Shown here: positions 1 through 9,645 of the stretch, piece after piece
Position numbering within the stretch: the first letter of the stretch is position 1
Layout: every line of letters starts with the position of its first letter
Assembly: GCA_012517355.1 (NCBI GenBank)
Contig: JAAYVD010000014.1
Coordinates: forward strand, 17,264 to 81,263
DNA: 64,000 nucleotides
Direction: 5' to 3'
Source of the DNA: Candidatus Rifleibacteriota bacterium
Lineage (GTDB): Bacteria > Muiribacteriota > Ozemobacteria > Ozemobacterales > Ozemobacteraceae
The notes under the pieces: generated by a model
What the model saw: only the letters and a program-made list of their open reading frames with translations
Told to the model about the DNA's origin: nothing
The model's database searches: none
Translations under genes and position numbers: made by a program

Positions 1-175
1 GGCGCTGCAACCATTCCATGGTCACCTTCACCTCGCCGTCGGCGTCTTTGATCGTCTGGGTCTGTTTCGCGAGGACCGTTTCGTCGCGGAGGCCCACCGC
101 GCCCAGACGTCCCGGAACGAGCCACAGCATCGTGGCGGCCAGGGCGATCAGGATGGTTCGTCTGATCGTGCGCAT
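1..175 (-). CDS. Exported hypothetical protein, N-terminal fragment (gene runs off the window start)
   Basis: ATG at 175-173 sits 5 nt after an AAAGGAGGAA Shine-Dalgarno (revcomp of 181-190). Translation MRTIRRTILIALAATMLWLVPGRLGA... looks like a signal peptide. The frame stays open to position 1, so it is absent from the ORF track (no stop in window). Confidence 0.5.
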   Translation of the reverse strand, partial: MRTIRRTILIALAATMLWLVPGRLGAVGLRDETVLAKQTQTIKDADGEVKVTMEWLQR

Positions 176-397
176 CGTGTTTCCTCCTTTGTGGAAATCG
201 TGGGACGAGGGGACGTATGCATTTCGCGTGCCAACCGAAAATGGAACAGCGCAAAGCGGCTGCTGATCGGAGTTTCAGCATTCAGTCGAGGGGCGCGGAA
301 TCGTCTTTTGGGGGCACGGGCCAATTGCTGTCCAGATTCTGAGCAGCGGGGCGGGGGACGGCTGGAAAGCGTGTCCTGGCGCGAAACGCGGGGGCGA

Positions 398-826
398 CTA
401 CCAGTCCGAGTAGGGGCTCCCGTCGCGGGCGGTGCCGGTCGCCAGTGACCGGACGTCGAACACGTTGGCCAGGTCAGAGGAGGGAACGGCGGGATCGTCG
501 GTGGTCGAGATGGTCCGCCAGGCCTCCTGGCCGGTCATGGGGTCGCGCGGGATCCGCCGCAGGACCCTGGCCTGCACGAGGGCTTCCAGGGAAGGGGGAA
601 AGCAGGCGTCTTCCCCGAGCGCCGGGTTCCTCTTTGCCTGCAGGTCGCGGTAACGGTCGATGGCCTCGCGCATGGTCCGCAGGCTGGCCTTCAGCCCCTC
701 TTCCTTCTGCAGCCGCACGAAATGGTGTGACAAGGGAAGGGCGGTTCCGGCCAGAACCCCGATGATGACCGTGCAGACGATCAGTTCGATCAGGGTCAGC
801 CCGAGCCGGCGGTCAGTAGTCGCCAT
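398..826 (-). CDS. Pseudopilin, GspG/PulG-like (prepilin-type N-terminal cleavage/methylation motif)
   Basis: Internal ATG of ORF 398..1039. The product starts MATTDRRLGLTLIELIVCTVIIGVLAG, i.e. a short basic leader, G/LTLIEL with Glu at +5 and a hydrophobic helix. The upstream 71 codons are Pro/Arg/Gly-rich shadow frame. Confidence 0.8.
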   Translation of the reverse strand: MATTDRRLGLTLIELIVCTVIIGVLAGTALPLSHHFVRLQKEEGLKASLRTMREAIDRYRDLQAKRNPALGEDACFPPSLEALVQARVLRRIPRDPMTGQEAWRTISTTDDPAVPSSDLANVFDVRSLATGTARDGSPYSDW

Positions 827-1214
827 ACACCCTGCCCTTGGCATCCAGGGCGTTCGAGGGGCCGGCCCCCTCGGGCCCGAACAAGGCCACCCGGCCGGCC
901 TCGGGATCGTAGCCGAACATCCCCGAGCCGCGGGCGCCCTGCCAGCGCTCCACCTTCCGGTTGAGAAACTTCGGAACCAGGTCTTCCAGCGACTGGGGGA
1001 ACCGGCCGCCGGTTTCGAGCGTGAACTGGTGGACGGCATTGCGCACGTGGCCGAGTTCGATCATCACCGCCGCGTCCCGCGAGCGCTCGAAGACCATCGA
1101 ATGGCGGTTGGCGGTGAACGAGAGCATGATCCCGATGATCGACATGACCACCAGCAGTTCGATCAGGGTGAACCCCCGCCGGCCCCCCACCCCGTTCGGG
1201 CAGCCGCGCTTCAT
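813..1214 (-). CDS. Pseudopilin (prepilin-type N-terminal methylation domain protein)
   Basis: Internal ATG (cat at 1212-1214) of ORF 813..1763. N-terminus MKRGCPNGVGGRRGFTLIELLVVMSIIGIML. It overlaps the next pseudopilin gene by 14 nt. Confidence 0.8.
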   Translation of the reverse strand: MKRGCPNGVGGRRGFTLIELLVVMSIIGIMLSFTANRHSMVFERSRDAAVMIELGHVRNAVHQFTLETGGRFPQSLEDLVPKFLNRKVERWQGARGSGMFGYDPEAGRVALFGPEGAGPSNALDAKGRVYGDY

Positions 1215-1855
1215 CGGTCTTTTCCCGCCGGCCCGGACTCGGAATGCGGCTGAGGAAGCGAATGGGCGTCCTTTCCGAACTGGAAGAGGTCGCGCGACGC
1301 CTGCTCGAGCGGCTTCACCGGGCGGGGGCCCACGGCCAGGACCGGAATCCGCGTCTGGTCTGGAGGGGCGACCTGAAGCAGGGCGAACAGGGTCTTCATC
1401 TCGAGCACCGCCAGCTCGAAGGGCCGCCGGTCCTCCCAGATGGGGTCGTGGAACAGGTTCCAGACCCCGGTCAGCGAGGCTTCCAGGCGGGTGTTGAGGG
1501 CGCCGAGCCCAATCCTGGCCGGATCCTGGTCCTTGAGCCAACCCAACTGCTCCATCCAGGGGGTCAGGGAATCGCGGACCATCGGAAACGACTGCTGGAT
1601 GCCCTGCAGAACCCCCATCAGCCGAACGATCCGGCGGACGGGGAAGGCGCGGCGGAGGCTGCGGTTGAGCTCGGGAATCGGAATGTCCGGAGCGCTCAGG
1701 GGGGAAAGGAGGAAATCCCAGCCCTCGTAGACGACCGCGAAGGCCAGCAGGATGCCCAGCCACTTGAGGGCCTGCTTCTCCTTCTGGCGGAGCAGGGCGG
1801 TGTCGACGACGTCGAGCCGGTGCTTGGGGGGCAGGGGAAGGGTGTTCTTGCTCAT
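1211..1855 (-). CDS. Hypothetical single-pass membrane protein of the type IV filament operon
   Basis: Internal ATG (1853-1855) giving MSKNTLPLPPKHRL... with one TM segment (WLGILLAFAVVY). ATGA-type overlaps with both neighbours. I recognise no family motif. Confidence 0.55.
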   Translation of the reverse strand: MSKNTLPLPPKHRLDVVDTALLRQKEKQALKWLGILLAFAVVYEGWDFLLSPLSAPDIPIPELNRSLRRAFPVRRIVRLMGVLQGIQQSFPMVRDSLTPWMEQLGWLKDQDPARIGLGALNTRLEASLTGVWNLFHDPIWEDRRPFELAVLEMKTLFALLQVAPPDQTRIPVLAVGPRPVKPLEQASRDLFQFGKDAHSLPQPHSESGPAGKDR

Positions 1856-2385
1856 GGTTTCACCAGATGCTGGACGGAGACCGTGAAGGTGCGGTCCTGG
1901 TTGGCGACGACCTCGGTCAACACCAGGGGGGAAGGCAACCCTTCCACCGCCTGCAGGAAGCCGCGCATCGCCTGGTAGGAGGCCTCCAGGGCGAGGTGGA
2001 TGTCCACCCGCCGGGTCGGGGATTCCGGGCTGGGGCCGGGGAACCGGTAGGTCACCGACCGCAGGTTCACCCCGAAGATGCCGGCCAGGGCGTTGACCTG
2101 TTCGATGAGCGTCGGCAGGTAGGCCTCCGGGGGCAGCCAGGCGTTCAGCCGGGCCATCTCGCGGCCGACCGCCTCGCACCGGTCACGCAGGCTCCGTTCC
2201 TGGTTTCGCTGGCGGAGGGAGTCGTTGACCGAGCGCAGCACGGCGTCGAACGCCTTCCCCGTCGTCTCGTAGTTTTCCACCTGCGGCTCGATCAGGAACT
2301 GGGGGGCGAAGAACATGATGATGGTGATGAGCAGCGGGAACGGCGCCCGTTCCTTCAGCCGCTGGAACTCCTTGGGATTCATCAT
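1852..2385 (-). CDS. PilO/GspM-like assembly protein
   Basis: 177 aa with an N-terminal TM (PFPLLITIIMFFAPQF), a coiled region and an alpha/beta C-terminal domain. Position directly after the PilN-like gene; 4-nt overlaps on both sides. Confidence 0.55.
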   Translation of the reverse strand: MMNPKEFQRLKERAPFPLLITIIMFFAPQFLIEPQVENYETTGKAFDAVLRSVNDSLRQRNQERSLRDRCEAVGREMARLNAWLPPEAYLPTLIEQVNALAGIFGVNLRSVTYRFPGPSPESPTRRVDIHLALEASYQAMRGFLQAVEGLPSPLVLTEVVANQDRTFTVSVQHLVKP

Positions 2386-2960
2386 GGCCGCACCTCCAGG
2401 TCGGGCAGGTAGTCGACGGTCAGGGTGAACGCGACCAGGGGGCCGGCCGGCGATTCCTCCCGGACATGACGGCTGAGCCGGGGATCGGAGAAACGTTCGA
2501 GGGTGTAGAACCGGCGCAGCAGGCAGGTGACCTGCTCGAGGCTGGTGGCCTGGCCTTCGAGGGCGATCTTCACCACCGACTGCGGCTTGATGCGGATGCG
2601 CAGGAGGCTGATCCCGTCGGGAACGACGCGCTCGAGCACCCCCAGCAGGGATGTCCAGGAGAAGGAGAGGCCGGCCAGGGTGCGGTGGTAGCCGAACAGC
2701 CGCCGCTCGTCGGTGGCGAGTTCCTGGGTCTCCGCCCGTGTCTCGCCGAGTTTCTTGGCGAACTCGACATGCCGTTTCTCGACCAGGTCGCTGGCCGCCC
2801 CCAGCTGCCGGATCATGGTCTCCAGCTCGACATAGTCGAAAGCCATGCCGGTGGCCAGGAACAGGGGGATCGCGTAGATCAGGCAGACGATGGTCTTGAA
2901 CATCAGGCTGCTGCCCTTACGGAACTTGACCGGGGGCTCGAAGTTCAACAGGTGTTTCAT
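2382..2960 (-). CDS. PilN-like fimbrial assembly membrane protein
   Basis: 192 aa with a short cytoplasmic N-terminus, a TM (FKTIVCLIYAIPLFLATGMAF), a coiled coil and a C-terminal domain. It lies directly downstream of the PilM-like gene. Confidence 0.6.
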   Translation of the reverse strand: MKHLLNFEPPVKFRKGSSLMFKTIVCLIYAIPLFLATGMAFDYVELETMIRQLGAASDLVEKRHVEFAKKLGETRAETQELATDERRLFGYHRTLAGLSFSWTSLLGVLERVVPDGISLLRIRIKPQSVVKIALEGQATSLEQVTCLLRRFYTLERFSDPRLSRHVREESPAGPLVAFTLTVDYLPDLEVRP

Positions 2961-2969
2961 GGAGACTCC

Positions 2970-4049
2970 TTACCGGGCCAGCAGTCCGAGGGCCGGGGCG
3001 AACAGCACCCCCTGGGCGGTCACCGCGGGGTCGATGGGCTGGGGGCTGGGAATGGAGGCCACCGGGTTGAACCGTTCGCAGGTGGTCTCGAAGAAGTCGG
3101 ACAGGAACTCGGGAAGCCCGGCCAGAAGGGCGGAGCCGCCGGTCAGGTAGATCCGCGGCAGGCGCATGACCTTGAACTTGTCCTGGTAGAACCGGAAGGT
3201 GACGTTCAGCTCGCGCAGCCAGTTGCCGAACACGCGCCGGATCAGTTCCCGGTTCCCCACCTGGGCGAGGATCTCCTCGGCGGTCTGCGGGAAGAACGTG
3301 CGCTTGGCTTTGAAGATCTGCGCCTGGGGGAAGTCGAGATGCTCGACCTCGCCGAACAGCCGCGAGAACTCCTCGCCGGCCACCTCGATGATCCGTTCGT
3401 AGGTGATGGTGCCGCTATGGAAGAACCGGACGACCGTGGTCTCGTGGCCGATGTGGCACATGATCAGGTTCCGGTCGAGCGAGTTCTCGGGGTGGAGGTC
3501 CTCCATCAGGTTGTAGACGCCCAGCGACGAGGTGTCGACGGCCATCAGCTCGACGTTCAGGTCGGCCAGCATGGTGGAAAGGGTGACCAGCAGGTCTCGT
3601 CGCACCGCCGCGGCCATCAGCTGACAGGCCAGCCCGTCCTCGGTGACCGTGGAAGACAGGATCTGGTGGTCGATGATGACATCCAGGCCGTCGGGGAGAT
3701 TGAGCGTCTTGCGGAGGCGCCAGGACAGGTACTCGGGGGAAGCCAGCTCGTGGGGCTTGAGGACCAGATCGACCAGGTGCAGTTTCACCCACCGGTCGGG
3801 CAGCCCCAGGAAACACCCCTCCTTGTGCGAGCGGACCTGGCCGAGCAGGCGTTTGACCTGGGCGGTGAACTCGGGAAGGGAGGTGATCACGGGGTTGGTG
3901 AACCCGCCGGTGATCAGGCCGGTCGGCAGCGGCAGGTGGATGGCGTCCGTCACCGAAAAGCCCTGGCCGCCCGGCCCGGGGGCGACGGACATGGCTTTCA
4001 GCGCATGGGTGCCGATGTCGATGGCGAAGAACTCGGTGAACAGGTTCAT
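2970..4049 (-). CDS. pilM: PilM-like actin-fold pilus assembly ATPase
   Basis: Start MNLFTEFFAIDIGTHALKAM (phosphate-1 DxG motif of the actin/HSP70 fold). cat at 4047-4049 gives an ATGA overlap with the gspE stop. Length and order (PilM-N-O) fit. Confidence 0.75.
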   Translation of the reverse strand: MNLFTEFFAIDIGTHALKAMSVAPGPGGQGFSVTDAIHLPLPTGLITGGFTNPVITSLPEFTAQVKRLLGQVRSHKEGCFLGLPDRWVKLHLVDLVLKPHELASPEYLSWRLRKTLNLPDGLDVIIDHQILSSTVTEDGLACQLMAAAVRRDLLVTLSTMLADLNVELMAVDTSSLGVYNLMEDLHPENSLDRNLIMCHIGHETTVVRFFHSGTITYERIIEVAGEEFSRLFGEVEHLDFPQAQIFKAKRTFFPQTAEEILAQVGNRELIRRVFGNWLRELNVTFRFYQDKFKVMRLPRIYLTGGSALLAGLPEFLSDFFETTCERFNPVASIPSPQPIDPAVTAQGVLFAPALGLLAR

Positions 4050-5935
4050 TCCAAAGCCCCTTCCTCGAAGGTGACGCGGTTCATCTCCTCGAAAGTGGTC
4101 TCGCCCCGTTCCACCTTGGCCCATCCCGCCGCCCGCAGGGGGACCATGCCCTGCTCGATGGCGGTTTTCCGGATCAACAGGGGCGACTGGTGGGTCAGGA
4201 TCATCTGCTTGATGCGCGGCGACAGCTCGAGGACCTCGAAGATGCCGGAACGGCCGGTGTAGCCGGTCTGGTGGCAGTAGCGGCAGCCCGCCCCGCGCTG
4301 GAAGCGGATGCCCGCGTGCGCGGCGAAGTCGATGGTCAGGCGCCGCGACTCCTCGGAGATGGTGGTGTCCTCGACCTTGCAGTTCGGACAGATCAGCCGG
4401 ATCAGGCGCTGGGACATGATCAGGTTGAAGGAACTGACGAACTCGTAGGGGTCGATCTTCATGTTGGACAGTCGGGAGATGGCGTCGATGACGTTGTTCG
4501 CATGGATGGAGCTGAACACCAGGTGGCCGGTCAGGGCGGCATTGATGGCGATCTGGGCGGTTTCCGGGTCGCGGATCTCGCCGACCATGACCTTGTCGGG
4601 ATCCTGCCGCACGATCGAACGCAGGCCCGAGCTGAAGGTCAGCCCCTTCTTCTCGTTGACCGCGATCTGGACAATGTCGGGAAGCTGGTATTCGACCGGG
4701 TCCTCGATGGTGATGAACTTGTCGCCCGGCGAGTGGACGAACTTGATGGCGGAGTACAAGGTGGTGGTCTTGCCCGACCCGGTCGGGCCGGCCACCAGGA
4801 TCATGCCGTACGGCTTGAGGACGTTGCGCTGGAAGGCGAGCAGGTCGGTGCCGGCCAGGCCCAGCTTGCGGATATCGAGGCCGAGGGCCGACTTGTCGAG
4901 GATGCGCAGGACGACGGTTTCCCCGAAGATCGAGGGCAAAACCGAGACGCGGAAGTCGACGAACCGTTCGTCGATCTTCAGTTTGAACCGGCCGTCCTGC
5001 GGCACGCGCTTCTCGGCGATGTCGAGCTGGGCCATGACCTTCAGGCGCGAGATGATGGGCACCCGCATGCGCGCCTCGACGTCCGACAGCACCTCGAACA
5101 GCACCCCGTCGATGCGGTATTTCACCTTCAGGGCGGCCTCGTAGACCTCGAAATGGATGTCGCTGGCCCGCTTGCGGACGGCCTTGAGGATGATGGAATC
5201 GACCATCCGCACGACCGGGGCCTCTTCCTGGAGTTCCTGGTGGATGGCCACCCCGGCGGGGGCCTCCTCGACCTCTTCCTCGACGACGACCTCGAGCGGG
5301 GGAAGGTTTTCGAGATCGGCGAACACCACCTTGGAGTCGAGGCTGGTCTCGACCATGAGGGCGAGCAGCTTCTGGATGCTCTTGGGGCAGGCCACCTTGG
5401 GCACGATGGGCAGTCCCAGCTTGACCTCGAGGGCCTCGATCTGGTCGACGTTGCCCGGGTTGGCCATGATCAGGGTGATGTCCTTCTCGCTGCGCTTGTC
5501 CGGAATGAAGGAATAGGTACGCATCAGCGACACATCGACGGAGTTGAACAACTGGTCGTCCACCTGGTAGGTCGACAGGTCGACATACTCGAGGCCCAGT
5601 TCGCGGGCCAGGGTGCGGGCGGCCTGCTCGTCGGTGAGGCGCTTGCGTTCGACCAGGACCTGGCCGAGGTTGGCGGGGATGCCCCCGAACTCCTCGACGA
5701 TCGCCTGGACGCCCTCGAGGGTGATCAGCTTCTCCTCGAGCAGGATTTCGTAGAAGGCCTTCTTCTTGAAGGACTGGACGAAGGCCTTGCGCAGCCGGTC
5801 GGCATCGAGCCCGGGCTCCTTGGCCACGAGGTCGGCGAATCCGCCGCGGCTCTCGGCCGTCTGGGCCATCAGGCGGTCCAGGGTGGCCTGGTCGAGCAGC
5901 TGGTGCTCGGCCAGGAACTGTCGGAGTGCTTCCAT
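4046..5935 (-). CDS. GspE/PilB-family secretion ATPase
   Basis: Internal ATG (5933-5935) of the 1274-aa ORF. Walker A GPTGSGKTTTLYS, Asp box, Walker B DPDKVMVGEIRD, His box LVFSSIHANN and tetracysteine CPNC...CRYC. N-terminal T2SSE_N/MshEN-like repeats. Confidence 0.9.
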   Translation of the reverse strand: MEALRQFLAEHQLLDQATLDRLMAQTAESRGGFADLVAKEPGLDADRLRKAFVQSFKKKAFYEILLEEKLITLEGVQAIVEEFGGIPANLGQVLVERKRLTDEQAARTLARELGLEYVDLSTYQVDDQLFNSVDVSLMRTYSFIPDKRSEKDITLIMANPGNVDQIEALEVKLGLPIVPKVACPKSIQKLLALMVETSLDSKVVFADLENLPPLEVVVEEEVEEAPAGVAIHQELQEEAPVVRMVDSIILKAVRKRASDIHFEVYEAALKVKYRIDGVLFEVLSDVEARMRVPIISRLKVMAQLDIAEKRVPQDGRFKLKIDERFVDFRVSVLPSIFGETVVLRILDKSALGLDIRKLGLAGTDLLAFQRNVLKPYGMILVAGPTGSGKTTTLYSAIKFVHSPGDKFITIEDPVEYQLPDIVQIAVNEKKGLTFSSGLRSIVRQDPDKVMVGEIRDPETAQIAINAALTGHLVFSSIHANNVIDAISRLSNMKIDPYEFVSSFNLIMSQRLIRLICPNCKVEDTTISEESRRLTIDFAAHAGIRFQRGAGCRYCHQTGYTGRSGIFEVLELSPRIKQMILTHQSPLLIRKTAIEQGMVPLRAAGWAKVERGETTFEEMNRVTFEEGALE

Positions 5936-5958
5936 GTCGTCCTCCCCGGCGGCCGTCG

Positions 5959-7176
5959 TCAGCGGATGTTCGACGCCGCGGTCAGCACGGGCAGCAGCAG
6001 GGCGATGACGAACGCGCCCACCACCGTCGCCATGAACAGGAACAGGACCGGCTCGACCAGGGCGGTCAGGGTGCCGGTCAGGTTCGAGATCTCCTCGTCG
6101 TAATGCTCGGCCAGGCTTTCCAGCATCTCCCCGAGGTTGCCGGACTCCTCGCCGACGTGGACCACGCGGACCATGACGGTGGGGACGCCGCCGATGAGCT
6201 TCAGCGACCGGGCGAAGCTTTCCCCCCGCGCCAGCATGCCCGGCAGCGCCCCGAGACGGGCGGCCACGGCCTTGTTCTCCAGGCTGTCGAGGACGACGTC
6301 GAGGCTTTCGACGAGGGGGAGACCGCCGTTGAGCATGGTCGACAGGGTGCGCGAGAACTGGCTGAAGGCGAACCGTTCCTCGAGGGAGCCCACCACGGGG
6401 ATCCGCAGTTTCCCGCCGTCGATCTGCAGCCGTCCGGTCGGCGTGTGGGAGTAGCGCAGCAGGAGGTAGACCGCTCCGGCCAGAACCCCCAGGATGACCC
6501 AGAACCACGACCCGACCCATCCCGACAGGCCCAGCAGCACCTGGGTGAACAACGGCAGCGGCACGTCGAGGTTGCGGAACAGTTCGGCGAATTCCGGCAC
6601 CACCCAGACCACCATGAAGGTCATGGCGAGCAGCGAGACCAGCAGCAGGATGCACGGGTAGATCAGCGCCCCGGCCAGTTTGCGGCGGACGGCGATGATG
6701 CCCTGGAAATGCAGGACCAGCCGGCCGAGGATCGACTCGAGGGCGCCGGCCTTCTCGCCGGCCACCACGGTGCGGACGTAGATTTCGGGGAAGACCTTCG
6801 GGTGGCGGGCCAGGGCCTTGCTGAAGGAGATGCCCTCGTCGATGTCGTCGCGCACCTGGTCGACGGCCTCCAGCAGCGGCCCCTTGGCCCCCTCGTCGAG
6901 GAAGACGTCGAGGGAGTCGCGCAGCGGGAGGCCCGCCTTCAGCAGGGTTCGCAGCAGCTTGGTGAACTCGGCCAGCTCCCCGAGGGAAACGCCGCCGAGG
7001 AAGGGGAACAACTCGCCGAGCCGCTCCCAGAGGGTGCGGTCGAGGACCTGTTCCGACATGATGTAGTAGCCGCGTTCGACGAGGGCCCGGCGCAGGTCGG
7101 CCGGGGAAGCGGTTTCGAAGACGGTCTCCCGCAGCCTGCCCTGGTCGTCGGCGAACTTGATGAGGATCTTGTCCAT
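5959..7176 (-). CDS. GspF/PilC-family inner-membrane platform protein
   Basis: 405 aa with two T2SSF-type repeats (LLRTLLKAGLPL..., FSRTLSTMLNGGLPL...) and three TM segments. Confidence 0.85.
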   Translation of the reverse strand: MDKILIKFADDQGRLRETVFETASPADLRRALVERGYYIMSEQVLDRTLWERLGELFPFLGGVSLGELAEFTKLLRTLLKAGLPLRDSLDVFLDEGAKGPLLEAVDQVRDDIDEGISFSKALARHPKVFPEIYVRTVVAGEKAGALESILGRLVLHFQGIIAVRRKLAGALIYPCILLLVSLLAMTFMVVWVVPEFAELFRNLDVPLPLFTQVLLGLSGWVGSWFWVILGVLAGAVYLLLRYSHTPTGRLQIDGGKLRIPVVGSLEERFAFSQFSRTLSTMLNGGLPLVESLDVVLDSLENKAVAARLGALPGMLARGESFARSLKLIGGVPTVMVRVVHVGEESGNLGEMLESLAEHYDEEISNLTGTLTALVEPVLFLFMATVVGAFVIALLLPVLTAASNIR

Positions 7177-7203
7177 CAGGGTGCGTGCCGGTGCGGCATG
7201 GTC

Positions 7204-7965
7204 TCAGTAGCCGACGGTGAGCCGCGTCACCAGGATGTCGGGGAACTTGTCCCGGCGCATCTTCTCCTGGACCGCCGCGATGTCGTACCCGACCCGCTGG
7301 AAGCTCATGCAGGCCTTCTCCCCGGTCAATTCGAGGATGCCGAAAGCGGCCAGGGGGTTGCCGTCGCGCGGCTGGCCCACCGACCCAGGATTGATGAGGT
7401 AGCGGCGGGTGCCGTCGAGGTGCAGGGTGAACCAGGTTCCGGTCAGCGGGTCCTGGTCCATGCTCAGGCCGGCCTCGGCCTCCCATTCGTAGAAGGAGGG
7501 GATGTGGGTGTGGCCGAACAGGGCGAGGGTGATGCCTTTTTCCGCCATGAAGGTGAAGGACGGGGTGGCCACCTGGGCCGTCAGCAGGTACTCGTCGGGG
7601 TCCACCGGGCTGCCATGACAGAGCATGATGCCGGGCGCCACCATCAGCGATTGCGGGTTGGCGGCGAGCCAGCGGGCCTGCTCGTCGTTCAGGCGGGCCA
7701 TGTTCTTGTAGGCGGCCACGATGGCGTGTGGGTTGAACCCCACGGGGCTTTCCACCTTGGCCACCACCCGGTCGTGGTTGCCCATGATCGCCCGGAGGTT
7801 GGGGAAACCCCGGAACTGCTCGACGCAGAGGGCCGGGTCGGGCCCGTATCCGGTGAGGTCGCCCAGGCACCAGATCTCGTCGAAGGTTTCACCCTGGGTC
7901 GCGGCCTGGACAGCCTGCCAGGCCTCCCAGTTGGAATGGATGTCGGAAACCACCAGCACTTTCAC
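7204..7965 (-). CDS. Metallophosphoesterase (YfcE/MJ0936-like)
   Basis: Motifs VVSDIHSN, GDLTGYGP, GNHD and GHTH in canonical order. Confidence 0.8.
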   Translation of the reverse strand: MKVLVVSDIHSNWEAWQAVQAATQGETFDEIWCLGDLTGYGPDPALCVEQFRGFPNLRAIMGNHDRVVAKVESPVGFNPHAIVAAYKNMARLNDEQARWLAANPQSLMVAPGIMLCHGSPVDPDEYLLTAQVATPSFTFMAEKGITLALFGHTHIPSFYEWEAEAGLSMDQDPLTGTWFTLHLDGTRRYLINPGSVGQPRDGNPLAAFGILELTGEKACMSFQRVGYDIAAVQEKMRRDKFPDILVTRLTVGY

Positions 7966-8076
7966 GGGGCGTTCTCCCAGATGGCGATGACGGGAAGCAA
8001 CCCCTTCATCGGGAGAATGCCCGAAACCGTTGAGGGCTTTTTTTGAGGCGGGGGGAAGAGGGGGTCGGCGGGGCCG

Positions 8077-8730
8077 TCAGTTCAGGAGGTGCTCGTTCAG
8101 CTCGGCCTGCTTCTTGGCCAGTTCGAGCACCCATTGCTGCTCGGTGTCGGCGACGAGTTCCTCGACCGTTCCGAACCATTCGCGGGCGAGGGCCTTGTCT
8201 TCGAGCCGCCGGTACAGCTCGCCGACGAGGTAGGTCACCACCGGCAGGTTGTCGGGGTTGACCACGGTCGAGAGTTCCACCGACTGGCGGAGGAACTTCA
8301 CGGCCAGCTGCTGCAGCTCGATCTCCGACTTGCGGTCTTCCTCGCGGCGGCAACACCAGGAACCGCGCAGGTAGAGGTTCCCGATGAAATAGGGATTGCG
8401 CTTCTGCTCCTCGTAGAGCTTCGCGGCCAGGTAGTACCGCTGGGCGAACCGGGGGAGCTTTTTGGAAAGGGGCTGCCCCAGGACATTGCGGATCAAGGCT
8501 GCCGTCACGGGGTGCTTGCCGAACGATTCCGGGGTGAAATCGTCGGGATATCCGCAGTACTGGCAGCCGGGACACTGCACCAGGAAATGCGGAAGCGGGT
8601 CATCTCCGATGTAGTGGGGGAAAAAGTCGGAATCCTGGCCCTGATGGCTGACCGCTTCGACGGTGGTCGCCTCGAAGGGCTGGGCGCAGACGGGGCAGGT
8701 GAACCGCTTGTCGTTGAACCGGGTACTCAT
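8077..8730 (-). CDS. Zinc-ribbon plus helical-repeat protein (DUF2225-like)
   Basis: Start at the internal ATG (8728-8730): MSTRFNDKRFTCPVCAQPF...CPGCQYCGY, then a TPR-like helical C-terminus. Family assignment is from memory only. Confidence 0.5.
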   Translation of the reverse strand: MSTRFNDKRFTCPVCAQPFEATTVEAVSHQGQDSDFFPHYIGDDPLPHFLVQCPGCQYCGYPDDFTPESFGKHPVTAALIRNVLGQPLSKKLPRFAQRYYLAAKLYEEQKRNPYFIGNLYLRGSWCCRREEDRKSEIELQQLAVKFLRQSVELSTVVNPDNLPVVTYLVGELYRRLEDKALAREWFGTVEELVADTEQQWVLELAKKQAELNEHLLN

Positions 8731-8786
8731 GGGTGGTCTTGCCTCACCCCAACTATATGAAACCGGACGGAGGGTGTCAAACCACC

Positions 8787-9314
8787 TCACTGCGTGACGG
8801 TCTGGATCAGGCCCATCGTCCACGGAGGCCAGAACTTGAACTCGGCGCGACCCTTCACCTGGGCCAGATCGAGGAAACCCCAGGCCCGGCTGTCGTGGCT
8901 GTTGTTGCGATTGTCGCCCATCACGCAGATCTTCCCGGGCGGCACCCGCATCGGGCCGAAGGTCCCGAAGACGTATTCCTTGACGAAGGGTTCGGCCATC
9001 CGCTGCCCGTTCCGGTGCAGGAACCCGTCGCGGATCTCCAGCAGGTCGCCGGGCACGCCGACCACCCGCTTGATGAAATCCTTGCGGGGATCGAGGGGGA
9101 AGGAGAAGACCACCACTTCACCGACAGTTGGGGCGCGAAAGGCGTAGATCAGCTTGTTCACCATGATCTTCTCATGGGAATGCAACTGCGGCTCCATGCA
9201 GGCCCCTTCGATGACGAACCCCTGGACCACGTAGGTCTGGAGCACGAAGAAGAAGACCAGCGCCTTGAGGAAGTCCTTGAACCATTCCTTGATCGAAACC
9301 ATATACCCGTCCAT
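8787..9314 (-). CDS. lepB: Signal peptidase I, with Cys at the nucleophile position
   Basis: Box order typical of SPase I: N-terminal TM, GACMEPQL (normally G-x-S-M-x-P-T-L), KRVVGVPGD (general-base Lys) and GDNRNNSHDSR. The codon at 9200-9198 is TGC. Confidence 0.8.
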   Translation of the reverse strand: MDGYMVSIKEWFKDFLKALVFFFVLQTYVVQGFVIEGACMEPQLHSHEKIMVNKLIYAFRAPTVGEVVVFSFPLDPRKDFIKRVVGVPGDLLEIRDGFLHRNGQRMAEPFVKEYVFGTFGPMRVPPGKICVMGDNRNNSHDSRAWGFLDLAQVKGRAEFKFWPPWTMGLIQTVTQ

Positions 9315-9645
9315 ATCCCAGTCTCCGTGGCTCGTTTCTCTGCCGCGTACTTTTCGGAAGGACGCCGGGAAATCTTAACAGAATCTGCGGAGGAAATTCG
9401 CGGGTGCCCGCGCGACCCTCGACCCGTTGGTCGCCCCGTCCGCGGAAAGCCCCGTCAATGGCCCCTTCATCAGCGGGGTGTTTCCACTGCGTGTCGCTTC
9501 GCCGGCGGGGCGGTGCAACAGCGTGTCACGGCGACGGTGGGAGGATGCAACCGTGGGTCCCAGTCTCCGGGGGAACGTTTCCGACAGGGGTTGTCCAAAC
9601 CAGCGGGCCCGCTTCCCTGGCGGATTGCCCAACCTGCCGAGGCGG

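Noticed and set aside
5936-7870. N-terminal 645 codons of the 1274-aa ORF 4046..7870, which would extend the GspE ATPase
   Set aside because: That part is Pro/Arg/Gly/His-rich low complexity. It runs through the real gspF and metallophosphoesterase genes in another frame. The ATPase has a good internal start (MEALRQF) at 5935.
9316-9569. Exact 12-nt direct repeat TCCCAGTCTCCG at 9316-9327 and 9558-9569, flanking the lepB/trmH spacer
   Set aside because: A 12-mer recurring once in 64 kb of compositionally biased DNA is expected by chance many times over. There is no other sign of an insertion.
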